26,740 bases of DNA from the IMG/VR virus record IMGVR_UViG_3300012953_000186, positions 1-26,740 of that record. One strand, written 5' to 3'. How positions within the stretch are numbered: position 1 is the first letter of the stretch; every line of letters begins with the position of its first letter. Made by a program: the position numbers and the translations under genes. The notes below the pieces were generated by a model that saw nothing but the letters and a program-made list of their open reading frames with translations, made no database searches and was not told the DNA's origin. Below are positions 1 to 11,800 of the stretch, in pieces. The stretch is from a virus. Lineage: Duplodnaviria; Caudoviricetes.

Positions 1-384
1 GATGGTAATGAAAAGGAGATCACTGCTGGTTGGTATTGTACTGAAGATGGTAAGACTACCTCAGTTGCACACTGGTTAGAAGAAGATGACTTCAGATCTA
101 ATGGTGGAGTGATGAATCACGAAACTATTGAGACTATGGATAGAAGAAAGAAGCCTTTTACTGTAGACTATACTGGTTTTGGTTGGGTAATGATTAAGAA
201 TGGTGTATTTGAAAGTCTTGAATACCCTTGGTTTGCTCCTAAGATGCAAGTCTTTGAATCAGGTGCAGTACAAGATATGTGTGGAGAAGATGTATCATTC
301 TGCTTAGATGCCAAAGAGAAAGGATATGAGATCTGGTGTGATCCTCGTATACGTGTAGGGCATGAAAAGACAAGGATAATATAG
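1..384 (+). CDS. Glycosyltransferase-like (GT-A fold) conserved phage protein, 5'-truncated
   Basis: Frame 1 is open from base 1 (DGNEKEITAGWYCTEDG...) to TAG at 382-384, so the ORF-track start at 109 is internal. Motifs 'VDYTGFGWVMIKNGVFE', 'GEDVSFC' and 'IWCDPRIRVGHEK' match the C-terminal half of GT2-like proteins. Confidence 0.75.
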   Translation, partial: DGNEKEITAGWYCTEDGKTTSVAHWLEEDDFRSNGGVMNHETIETMDRRKKPFTVDYTGFGWVMIKNGVFESLEYPWFAPKMQVFESGAVQDMCGEDVSFCLDAKEKGYEIWCDPRIRVGHEKTRII

Positions 385-416
385 GGAACGACCTCTCCCC
401 CAAAAACTCTCTCTAT

Positions 417-442
417 AAGCACCTTTAACGAGGTGCTTTTTT
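417..442 (+). terminator. Rho-independent terminator
   Basis: Perfect 8-bp stem AAGCACCT (417-424) / AGGTGCTT (431-438) with a TTAACG loop and a T-run to 442, about 30 nt downstream of the GT stop codon. Confidence 0.85.
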
Positions 443-446
443 CATG

Positions 447-464
447 CTAAATAGTCACTAAATA
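447..464 (+). promoter_or_regulatory. Tandem T4-like late promoter boxes (CTAAATA at 447-453 and 458-464)
   Basis: Two copies of CTAAATA, a variant of the T4 gp55 late promoter TATAAATA, lie between the terminator and the gp25 start at 484. Confidence 0.7.
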
Positions 465-483
465 AGTTAAAATTTCCTTTTTA

Positions 484-885
484 ATGCCATCTCCACGGAT
501 AAGTAAGGGTTTTAGGGACTTGAGTATGTCACTTGAGGTAAATCCTATTAATTTAGACCTAATAACCATCAAAAATGAAACTGCTATTGCACGTTCCATA
601 AGAAACTTGGTGTTTACTACTCCTGGTGAACGGTTTTTTAATCCAGACTTGGGTTCAAGAATCAAAGAAACTCTTTTTGAGAACATAGATTCTAGAACTT
701 CTGCTGTACTTAAAGAAGAAATCACAACAACCATCCGAAATTATGAACCCAGAGTGGAATTGAGGAAGGTAGACTGCATTCCTGACTATAGCAACAACGC
801 ATATGACGTAAAAATTACGTATGACATTGTAGGAATTGACGTTTTACCACAACAATTAGAATTCGCACTACAGCCAACACGCTAA
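484..885 (+). CDS. gp25: Baseplate wedge subunit gp25 (GPW/gp25 family)
   Basis: 133 aa with 'AIARSIRNLVFTTPGERFFNPDLGS' and 'IRNYEPRVEL', the gp25-family signature. Its stop overlaps the gp6 start (TAATG). Confidence 0.92.
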   Translation: MPSPRISKGFRDLSMSLEVNPINLDLITIKNETAIARSIRNLVFTTPGERFFNPDLGSRIKETLFENIDSRTSAVLKEEITTTIRNYEPRVELRKVDCIPDYSNNAYDVKITYDIVGIDVLPQQLEFALQPTR

Positions 886-2885
886 TGGCACTAGTAAACT
901 TTACAAATCTAGATTTTGACCAAATAAAAGTCTCTTTAAGAGATTATTTACGGTCAAATAGCAATTTTACGGACTATGACTTTGAAGGTTCTAACCTTTC
1001 AAGCATAATTGACGTTCTTGCATACAATACTTACATATCCTCATACAATGCTAACATGGTTAGTAATGAGGTTTTCATTGATAGTGCAACATTAAGAGAA
1101 AATGTTGTTGCATTAGCACGTAATATTGGTTATGTTCCTCGTTCTAGGACTGCTGCAAAGGCAATTATATCATTTTATGTCGATACAACAGGGTTTTCCA
1201 CAAAACCTATTACATTAACACTTAAAAAAGGTGTAGTTTGTACTGCTAGTGAAGTATTTGGGACTGAAAGTTATGCATTTGCTATACCTGCAGACGTTAC
1301 AGTACCAGTAGATAATAATGGATTTGCTAATTTTATAGATGTTGTGGTTTATGAAGGTACATATTTAACTGCAAATTTCATAATAGACTCTGAGAATCCC
1401 TCTCCACCTAAAAGGTTCATTTTAAATAATAATCATATTGATACATCTACACTTAGAGTAGAAGTTAGAGATACTCAAGCAAGTACATCTTCTAAAAAAT
1501 ACCTTCTTTCCGATAGTTTATTTGAAGTTACGTCTACTTCTCGTGTATTTTTCATTCAAGAGGTCGAAGATGAAAGATATGAGTTAATTTTTGGTGATGG
1601 AGTGTTTGGAGAAAAGTTAAAAACTTTAAATTACATAGAAACTTCATATATTAAGACAAATGGTGAGTCTGGAAACGGAATTTCTTCGTTTTTATTCAAT
1701 GGACGCATCGTAGACAACAATAATAACCTTGTAAGTAACGGAATTTCACTTCTTAGTACTACACAACCGTCTGAAGGGGGTAAAGAAATAGAATCAATCG
1801 ATTCTATCAAGAGTTATGCTCCTAGAATCTACTCTACTCAAAATAGAGCAGTGACTGCTTCTGATTATGAAGCACTTATACCTAAAATTTACCCAGAAAC
1901 TCAATCTGTATCTGTTTTTGGTGGTGAAGAATTGGAACCACCTCAATATGGAAAGGTTTTTATCACAATTAAACCATTTTATGGTCCTTTTGTTCCCAAT
2001 TCAGTCAAAGATAACTTAAAAAATAAGTTAAGAGGTTATTCTGTAGCAGGAATAGTCCCAGAAATCCTCGATCTCAAGTATCTCTACGTTGAGACTGACA
2101 TAACTGCCTATTATAATGCAAATTTAGCACCTAGTGCTGATTTTGTAAAGACACTTATCTCAAATAACATCACTGATTATGCAGAATCGAGTGAAATGAA
2201 CAAATATGGGGCAAAATTCAAGTATAGTAAGTTCCAAACTCTTATTGATAATAGTCATCAGTCTGTAACTTCTAATATTACGACTGTGGCAATGAGAAGA
2301 GACATGAGAGCAAGGTTAAATCAAGTCGGTGAGTATGAAATTTGCTTCGGAAACCCATTTTATATTAAAAATGCCAATTCTTACAACATTAAATCTTCAG
2401 GATTTAAGGTTTATGGTTTAAGTGATACTCTTTATATTAGTGATGTTCCAAATGCTGATATGCATAAAGGATCTTTGTTCTTATTTAAGTTAAATTCTCA
2501 AACTCAACCTTCTATTGTAAGAAGAAACATTGGAACAATTGATTATCATAAAGGTGAGGTCATGATCGATCCTATTAATATAACAAGTACATCCAAATCC
2601 ATCCAAGGACAACCAATAGTTGAAATATCAGTTTGTCCTCGTTCAAATGATGTTATTGGATTACAGGATCTTTATTTACAACTAGATATTAATAGTAGTA
2701 CGTTAAATATGTTAACGGATGATATTTCTTCAGGATCTAATCCTTCAGGAACATTATATAAATCTACACCAAGCTATATGAATGGCAATTTAGCAAGAAT
2801 TTCTCCTGGTGACGGTATTGATATAACATCTTTACCAACATATAGTGTTTTAGGAGATTCTACAGCATCCACACCCTCGTACTAA
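885..2885 (+). CDS. gp6: Baseplate wedge subunit gp6
   Basis: 666 aa, similar in size to T4 gp6. Motifs 'LDFDQIK', 'FTDYDFEGSNLS..IDVLAYNT', 'FIDSATLRENVV.LA..IGY.PRS', 'ELIFGDGVFG', 'QNRAVTASDY' and 'PPQYGKVFI'. Confidence 0.95.
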   Translation: MALVNFTNLDFDQIKVSLRDYLRSNSNFTDYDFEGSNLSSIIDVLAYNTYISSYNANMVSNEVFIDSATLRENVVALARNIGYVPRSRTAAKAIISFYVDTTGFSTKPITLTLKKGVVCTASEVFGTESYAFAIPADVTVPVDNNGFANFIDVVVYEGTYLTANFIIDSENPSPPKRFILNNNHIDTSTLRVEVRDTQASTSSKKYLLSDSLFEVTSTSRVFFIQEVEDERYELIFGDGVFGEKLKTLNYIETSYIKTNGESGNGISSFLFNGRIVDNNNNLVSNGISLLSTTQPSEGGKEIESIDSIKSYAPRIYSTQNRAVTASDYEALIPKIYPETQSVSVFGGEELEPPQYGKVFITIKPFYGPFVPNSVKDNLKNKLRGYSVAGIVPEILDLKYLYVETDITAYYNANLAPSADFVKTLISNNITDYAESSEMNKYGAKFKYSKFQTLIDNSHQSVTSNITTVAMRRDMRARLNQVGEYEICFGNPFYIKNANSYNIKSSGFKVYGLSDTLYISDVPNADMHKGSLFLFKLNSQTQPSIVRRNIGTIDYHKGEVMIDPINITSTSKSIQGQPIVEISVCPRSNDVIGLQDLYLQLDINSSTLNMLTDDISSGSNPSGTLYKSTPSYMNGNLARISPGDGIDITSLPTYSVLGDSTASTPSY

Positions 2886-2894
2886 CCAATATAA

Positions 2895-5800
2895 ATGGCC
2901 GATACTAGAGTCAAGATTAGTTCAGTTGTATCAAATCAACTGCCAGATTATGTAAAAGAAGATTACCCACTTGTTGGGCAATTTTTGAGTGAATATTATA
3001 AATCTATGGAAAGTCAGGGTCTGACTTTAGATCTTTTTAAGAATATTGACAAATATATCAAAATTGATGAATTAACAAATCTTGTAGACTCTACTACATT
3101 GACTTCTGATGTTGATTATGTTGACGATACTATTTCTGTTGACTCTACAAGTGGATTTCCAGAGTCTTATGGATTAATTAAGATTAATTCCGAAATTATT
3201 ACATATAGTGGTATAACAACTAATACCTTTACTGGATGCTCTAGAGGATTTAGTGGAATTACTTCTTTTAGAAATCCTAATAGTCCTGATGAGTTAGTTT
3301 TCAACCAATCTGAAATATCTACACATTCTTTAGGAGATTCGGTTGGTAATTTAAGTATTCTTTTCTTAAAACAATTTTTCTCAAAAGTAAAATCTCAAAT
3401 TACACCAGGATTTGAAGAAAGAGAGTTAGATACGGATGTAGATCAAAGAATTTTTATAAAACAGTCAAAAGACTTCTATACATCAAAAGGAACGGATGAA
3501 TCTTTTGAAATTTTGTTCCGTGCGTTATATGGTGTTGATGTAGAAGTAATAAAACCAAGAGATTATCTTTTTGCGCCTTCAGATGCTCAATATCGAGTTT
3601 CTAAAGATTTAGTTGTTGAAGCACTAGAAGGTAATCCCGAAAATTTAGTAAATAGAACACTTTTCCAAGATTATAATGAGGGTGTTATTAAAGGTGCTAG
3701 AGGATCCGTAAGTGAAGTACAAAAAATACATCGTAATGAGAAAGATTACTATGTTATTAGTTTAGATTATGATTATGATAAAGATATTGAAGTAAGAGGA
3801 TCTATATTCGGTCATTTTTCTATCCATCCTACTACAAAAGTAGTTACTCCTGTTTCTATAGGTTCTACTGTAATTGATGTTGATTCTACAGTAGGATTTA
3901 ACACTTCTGGAACATTAGTTACAAAACATTCAGATGGAATCAGTACAAAAATAACTTATAATTCTAAGTCTCTTACTCAGTTCTATGGTTGTTCTGGAGT
4001 TACCAAAAATATTGATGCCAAACAAAATTTAAGAGTTGATGAATATGCATATGGATATGTTGGTGTAGGAACATCAAATTTATGCAAAGTTAGAATAACT
4101 GGTGTTACATCAAAATTAAATACTCGTGGATTACCTTCAGTTGAAGTTGGTGATGTTATTGAACCACAAGGATTGGGTATAGGGGTTACTAACGAAGCTG
4201 CAAATAATTGGTTCTTTAATATTGCTACAGTCTATAATATAAAATCTTTAAATTTATTAAATGCGTCTAACTCTACTTATAATGTTGTAACTTATGATAA
4301 GCACAATTTTGTGTTGGGTGATAAAGCTAATATCAAAACAACAGATGGTGTAAATCTAGTATGTAATATAACTTCTATTATTACTGATTATCAATTTACA
4401 ATTAATGATCAAGGTATCTTAGATGTAAACAGATATTATACTATTGGAAAAATATTATCTAAAGCAAATGTAGAAGATTATCCTGAGTTAATCCATCAAA
4501 GCACTAATGTCGAAAACATTTATACTAAAGAAAGTTCATTATATTTAAGTTCACCTTCTTTACCATCATATCTTAATGAACCATTGGATACTACTGATAG
4601 ATCAGTAGATCTTACAGGAATTTTTAATGGAGAAAATATAGAAATTCTTGATACACAAGGAGTAGGAGTTGCTCATGGTTTATATACTGGAGATTCTATA
4701 ACCTATAAACCTGGTGAAGGAACAAATAAATTAAACATTACTGAAGGTGTATATTTTGCTAAAAAAATTAGTAGAAGTGTATTTAAGATTGCTAAAAGTA
4801 GATCTAATATCTACAGTGGTAAATTTATTACAGTAACAGGAAATGTAACTGCTAATAAGTTTGAATTAACAAAATTTGCAAACCAAAGACTAAAATCCCA
4901 ACAACTTATTAGAAGATTAGTAAATCCTATTACTTCTTCAATTAAAAGTGAAACGAAAGTAGGACAAACAGGAATTTTAATTAATGGTGTTGAAATATCA
5001 AATTACAAATCAAATGATTCTATATTTTATGGTCCTATTGAAGAAGTATCTGTTGTTAGTGGGGGAAATGATTATGATGTAATAAATCCTCCTATTTTAA
5101 CTATTACTGATTCTGTGGGAGCAGGATGTTCTGCTTTTTGTTCTGTTGAGGGTTCTTTAAAGAGAATTGAAATCTTAGATGGTGGATTTGATTATACTGA
5201 TGAACCTATTATTACTATTACAGGTGGTAGTGGTAAAGGAGCAAAGGCAAGTGCTAAATTAGTTTCTACAGAACACTCTGTTGAATTTAATTCAGTACAA
5301 AATGCTGGATTAGTAAATTTATCTAATAATACAGTTGCATTTTCAACTTTCCATAAATTTAGAGATGGTGAGAGTGTTATATACCAACCAAATGGAGAGA
5401 CTGCTGTAGGGGGTCTCACAACGTCTGCAGCATACCATGTTTCCGTCAAAGATGCATTTACCATATCACTACATAACACCCTTCCTGCTGCCACTTCGGG
5501 CATATCTAGTGTTATCTTAACATCTTATGGAACAGGTAATCAGAATTTTAAATCTACTAATAGTAAGAAAGTCATTAAGTCTATTAGTATCGGTAGTTCT
5601 GGATCTGGATATACTAATCAAAGAACTACAACAAATATATCAGGTATTAATACATCTAGCAATATAATAACTATTAATAATCATGGATATAATAGTGGAG
5701 AAACAATTTTATATACTCCTAAAGGAATTGCTGTAGAAGGTTTAACAAACACAAATTATATTGTATCGAAGATTAGTGATCATTCATTTAGATTATCAGA

Positions 5801-8800
5801 AGTTGGAATTGGATCTACTGCACCTGATTTCTACCATAATAACGATAAGTTTGTTGATTTAGTATCTGTTGGTTCTGGTACTCATGAATTTAATTATCCA
5901 CCAATTTCAATAAAGGTAGAAGGAACTATAGGAGTATCTACATTAACTGGTCAAGATTTCAATGCTGTTATTCAACCAATTTTTAGAGGTCATATTAAAT
6001 CTGTATTTGTTGAAAATGGTGGATTGGGATATGGATCTTCTGATATATTAAATTATAATAGGCAACCAGTCTTTACTTTAAAAACTGGATCTTCTGCTCA
6101 ATTAAAACCAATTATTTCAAATGGTAAAATATCTGAAGTTCTAGTTCTAAGTTCTGGTTCAGGATATAATACTCCACCAACTTTAGAAATTAGAGGATCT
6201 GGTAAAGGTGCTGTTTTAACTCCAGTATTAAATGCTGGTGTTATTGAATCAGTTAAAGTTGTTAGTAATGGACTTGGATATAATGCAAAAGATACTACTG
6301 TTATCGTAACTGCTTCTGGATTAGAATCTCAATTTGAATCAAGATCGAAACAATGGATTTTTAATTCTTTTGAAAGATTGGTTAATGGTGAACATATATC
6401 AAAGGATGATGGATTTCTTACAGAAGGTATTAATTCAGATTTTGAAATTGAATACACTCATTTGTATTGTCCACGTAAATTAAGAAGATCTGTTTATTCT
6501 AAACAAGTTATTGATGGTAGTCCATCCAATTTTGTTGATCTTTCTCTTGAAAATGATGTAGAGGAAGATTCTGCCTATCATTCTCCAATTTTGGGTTGGG
6601 CATATGATGGAAATCCCATATATGGTCCTTATGCATATCAGACTCCTACTGGTGGATCTATTAAGATTATGAAGTCTGGATACACTACAGGTGTGGTATC
6701 ATATAGACCCAATCCATTTGACGAAGCTGGAGGTCGTTTATATCCAGATGGGTCTTTTGTTGAAGATTATCAATATACTGCAAGTGGTGATTTAGATGAA
6801 CATAATGGAAGATATGGTATAACTCCAGATTTTCCAAACGGAACTTATGCATATTTTGCTACTGTAGATTCTGACTCTATTGATTCTCTAAAAGCTTTTA
6901 AAAATTATAGAAGACCTCAGTTTCCATATTTTATAGGAAATACCTTCAAATCAAATCCAATTGAATTTAACTTTGACAGATATTCAAATCAAAAGGATTT
7001 GGATATTAATGATGGAAAATATTTAAGAAATACTACACCCTATGGATTTTTAGATGGAAATACTACTTATGATTATTTGATAGATCCATCACATGAGCAT
7101 AAACAAAAAACTATTGTTACATCAACTTCTGAAGGAAAAGTAGAAGCTATAGGAATAGTTACAGGAGGATTTGATTATGCTGTAAATGATAATGCAATAT
7201 TTGATAATGTTGGATCTGGTGGAGCTGGAGCTATTGCAAGAGTTGCTGCAGTTTCAGGAAAAGAAATTCATTCTATAAATGTTGCTAGTACTCGTATATC
7301 TAATGTTGAATTTGCTCCTTATAATCAATTTGGAGCAGTTATAGGATATTCAACACTTCCTCATGGACTTAAGAATAAAGATTTTGCTACTATTAGTGGG
7401 TTATCTACTAATGCTTATCTTAGAAATAATAATATAACTCAGATAGGAATAAACACTAGTAGATTTATATTAGCAAATGAAATTGGTGATGTAACTGCAA
7501 CTGGTATTACAACTTATTTTCCTATTGCTAGTGGTCAATTATTTTTCCCATATGTTAGAGAAAATGATATTCTTGGTATTGGAACAGAAAAAGTTAAAGT
7601 CTTAAAAGTAGATAGTGATCAAAGTAGAATTAGGGTTCTTAGGGGTGCTGAAGGAACAGCAAGTCCAGCACATCCAACTTATTCTAGACTAAATCAAAAT
7701 CCTAGAAATTTTGTTTTCATTGAAGAAAATAATCAGATTGTTGATTCCAATTATCAGTTGAACAATGAAGTATATTTTAACCCAATAGAAACTTTAGGTA
7801 TAGGAACTGCACCTTCTAACGTTGGTGGTGGACACACTGTAACAATATCAGATCCAGGAATTGGAGCTAGTCAAGTAACACTTTTTAGAACTAATATGTT
7901 CATTCCTAATCATGGATTGAACACAGGTGATGAGATTATATACAATGCAAATGGAGGATCACCTATTGGTGTTCAAACCTTTAGATCTGATGGGATAGCA
8001 GCAGGACAGCCATTTACTTTATCTAATAATCAAAAATTATATGCAGTCAGAATGACTGACTCAGTGCTTGGTATTTCTACTTTTAGAGTTGGTTTGTCTA
8101 CTCTAGGTTATTACCAATCTCAGGATGGTGATAATTCTAAAGAACCATTAATGCTTACTGGTATTGGTACTGGAACATACCATAGTTTTACAACAAATTA
8201 CCCAAATGTAATCTCAGGTGAAGTTGTTCAAATTGATGCTACTGTAGCAACAGCTTCTACTCATGGTATGAACATTAATGATCGTGTTCTGATTGATGCT
8301 TCACTTGGTTTTACTACTACAATAACAGTTGCTTATAATGATTATAATAGAAGATTGGTAATTAATCCAAAGAACTTTGTTTCTAGTAATGTATCAGTAT
8401 TGAAAAATACAATTACTATAACCAATCATGGAATGTCTAGTGGTGATAAAGTTATTCATACTGCTAGTACTTCTTCTGGTGGTCTTAAAGACAATCAAAT
8501 TTATTTTGTATCAGTTATTGATAAAAATACTATAAGTCTTTGCAATGATCATTACGAATCTATAAAATTTAATTCTGCTGTTGTAGATATCACAAGTGCT
8601 TCAGCAGGAACTATAAGTCCAATTAATCCTGCGATTTATGTTAGAGCGAATCAAACTGTTTACTTTGATTTATCAGATTCTTCTTTAGCATTCCAAAAAA
8701 GTGGTGTAAATTATCCTGCTTTTGATTTTAATCTTTATTATGATAATGAATGTACAAATATTTACAGTAATACAACTAATAATGCAAAATTCAATGTTAC

Positions 8801-11800
8801 TAAGTCAGGAACAGTAGGAGTTACTGCTGATGCTAATTTAAGTTTTCAAATTACAAAAGCAACTTCTAGAAAGTTATATTATGGTATGGATCCAATAAAT
8901 CTTGATTTATCTGCAGATGTTAAAAAAGAAATAATAAAGGATTTTGAAAATGTACGAGATGCGAAGGCATTAACAACTAAAAATAGTATTTTCAATCAAA
9001 ATTTTAATATTTCTGGAATTGGATCTACTACTTTCAGTTTTAATTTATTTAATGAACCTGAAAAATCTCTTTATACTCCAGAAGATGGTAAATTTACCTA
9101 TATGACTTCTTCAAGAACTGCTCGTGGACCTATAGGTTTAGTAGCAGTTAAAAAGGGTGGTGTTGGATATAATAAACTTCCTGGTATCGATGGGGTAAAG
9201 ACTTTAGGGGTAACTACTTCAAAGGGATATGGGGCAGTTTTACAACCCAATAGTACTTCTATTGGTCAGATTAAGAGTGTAGATATTCAGGATATTGGAT
9301 ATGAATATTCTGTAGATAAAACATTACAACCTAAAGCTTTATTACCTCAGTTAATATCTGTAGATTCTTTCTACTCGTTGCAACATGTTGGAGTTACTTC
9401 AGTTGGTAGTTATTATACTACTGCACCAGATTTAGTTGTTTTGCACGGAAATACCAAATTGCCAGTAGATGAAGTAGTTTTAGAATATACTTTAGGAAAT
9501 TCTCATGTAGGAATTGTAAAAAATACAACTTCATTAAGCAAAGATGTTCCTAATATTATTCCAGTTAATAATTCCAATGGAATTCTAATTGATTCTATGG
9601 ATTATAATCTAGGGACTAAAGATGTAACTGTGACTATAGGTGCAAGCTTTAGTAATCCTTCTGATTATCCATTTGCAGTAGGTGAAAGTGTTTTAATTGA
9701 GAATGTTAGTGTTGGTGTTGGAACAACAGGTAAAGGATACAATTCAAAAAATTATAGTTACAAACGATTTAAGATAACTGCTACAGATCCTAATATTGGT
9801 GGAAACTTAGGAACTATAACTTATAGTTTACAGGATTCGATTTTTGGTGGAGATATTCCTGGTAATTTTGATGCTGCTAATTCTTCGGGAAGAGTAATAC
9901 CCGAAAAATGGTTCCCTATATTTGGGATAGAAATGACATCTAATAATTTTGAGAAAGGAGAAATAATTACGTCAAAATCAGCATCTGGAACTGTTCAATC
10001 TTGGAATGGAAAATCTGGATCTTTAAAAGTATCTTCTCCAAGATTATTTAATGTTGGTGAAATATTAATTGGAGAATCTTCAAAAACTGAAGGTATCGTA
10101 AATGAAAGATTATCATATAATTCCCAATATGATATTGATGCTTCTTCTGTTGTTAAAAAAGGATGGAAACGTGAGACAGGTTTCTTAAATAACAACTTGC
10201 AAAGATTGCATGATAATAATTATTATCAATATTTCTCATATGCACTAAAATCAACTGTTCAGTTGGATAAATGGGATGAAGCTGTTTCTTCATTAAACCA
10301 TACTGCTGGATTTAAGAAATTTAGTGATTTAATTGTTGAAAATGATATTACGCAAAATAATCAAAGTGTTGGTCTAGGAACAACTCAAATAGGTAGAGTT
10401 GATTCAATAGCACTTTTAGATTCAGTGATCGATATGAACACTGTTCCTGATTTTGATTTAGTGACGGAGAAAACTCTAAAAGTTGACGAAAATACTGTTG
10501 TTTCTGATGAAATTGTATTTAAAACTAAAATACTTCAAGATTATATTGAATCTATTGGTAATAGGGTCTTATCTATAGATGATGTAAGTGGAAACTTTAA
10601 TGATTTGCCAAGAACTGATAGATTTGCTCCTGTAGATTTATTCCCACTAACTTCTGCAAGACATAAAAAATATATTGCATATATTCAAGATAATAGATTT
10701 GGTGATGAAAGACAAGTTTATATTATTTCTCTTTTACATAATAGTTCAACTGCGATGCTTAATCAGTATGGTGGAGTAGCTAGTTATGCTGATCTTGGAA
10801 CTTTTGATTTTGATATTTTAGGTGATGAAGGAAGACTATTGTTCTTCCCCAAAAAGTATCGTGTAAATGATTATTTTGTAAGTACTTTAGCATTTAATAT
10901 TGGAGATTCTGTTGCTGGAATAGGTTCTACTGCTTTTGGTGATATGGTTAATGTTGGTAGTGCTACTTCAACTGTTGGGTTGGGAGTTACTACTGCTGTA
11001 AACATTGTAGGAATAGCAAAATCTTACAGGTCTGCAAAAATAACTGTATCGGCAGCTGCAACTAATTCAGCATATCAATATTATGAAGTGGATGAGTTAA
11101 CTATGGTTCATGATGGAACTAATGTTGAACTTATGGAGTATGGACAAGTATCTTCTGATATGCCAGCTAGTCCTTTAGGTTCTGCTGGAATTGGAACATA
11201 TGGAGCAACTTTATCTGGCAATTATGTCAATATTAGTTTTACTCCTAATGCAGGTGTAACTACTGCAACAGGATATAATATTAATAGTTTAAAAATTGCA
11301 ATCTCAGATACTGTTTCTTCTGGAGTAGGAACTCATGTATTTAATACTGGTATAATAGATTCTAAACAAACATCAATTGCTGCTTCTGGATCTCCTACAG
11401 AGCATGTCATCGCAGAATATTCAGATGCTTATAGAAGTGCTTATTATTTTGTAAGTGTTGAAGATACTACAGTAGGTCAATATCAAGCATCCGAAGTATT
11501 GGTTGTTAATGATTCAAGTGAAGTTTATCTTACTGAATACGGTGTTGTGCAGTCACAAGGAAACTTAGGTGATTTTGGTGGTAATATTACAGGTGCAGGA
11601 GTAAGACAATTAACATTTAAACCATTAGCAAGTAGAGATGTTCAAGTAAGAGTTCTTCAGTGTGCAGTGGGAACTGTAAATGATTCTGTTACTGATAATA
11701 CAATCGACTTTACTAACGCATCTATTGATACAGGTGAAGGTGAGTATTATGGAACAGAAACTGATGTAAAACGTGCATTTGAACTTAACCACAAACAGTT

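Noticed and set aside
109-111. ORF-track start for the 91-aa protein
   Set aside because: The frame is open back to base 1 with protein-like sequence, so the true start is upstream of the window.
385-416. Pyrimidine-rich stretch (ACCTCTCCCCCAAAAACTCTCTCT) after the GT stop
   Set aside because: Only a weak 4-bp stem is possible and it is too short for a tRNA or structured ncRNA; treated as 3' UTR.
168-734. Minus-strand ORFs 168-422 and 447-734
   Set aside because: Antisense shadows of the GT and gp25 genes, with no recognisable motifs; they overlap the terminator and promoter region.
484-885. gp25 as a lysozyme
   Set aside because: This is a legacy annotation for the family. No lysozyme motif is visible, and gp25 is a structural baseplate and sheath-initiating subunit.
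2890-2897. TATAAATG as a late promoter before gp7
   Set aside because: It mismatches at the last position and overlaps the ATG itself, so a transcript from it would start downstream of the start codon.
9883-9927. Short inverted repeats (TTCGGG/CCCGAA and TCCC/GGGA) inside gp7
   Set aside because: Stems of only 4-6 bp in coding sequence with no U-tract; expected by chance.
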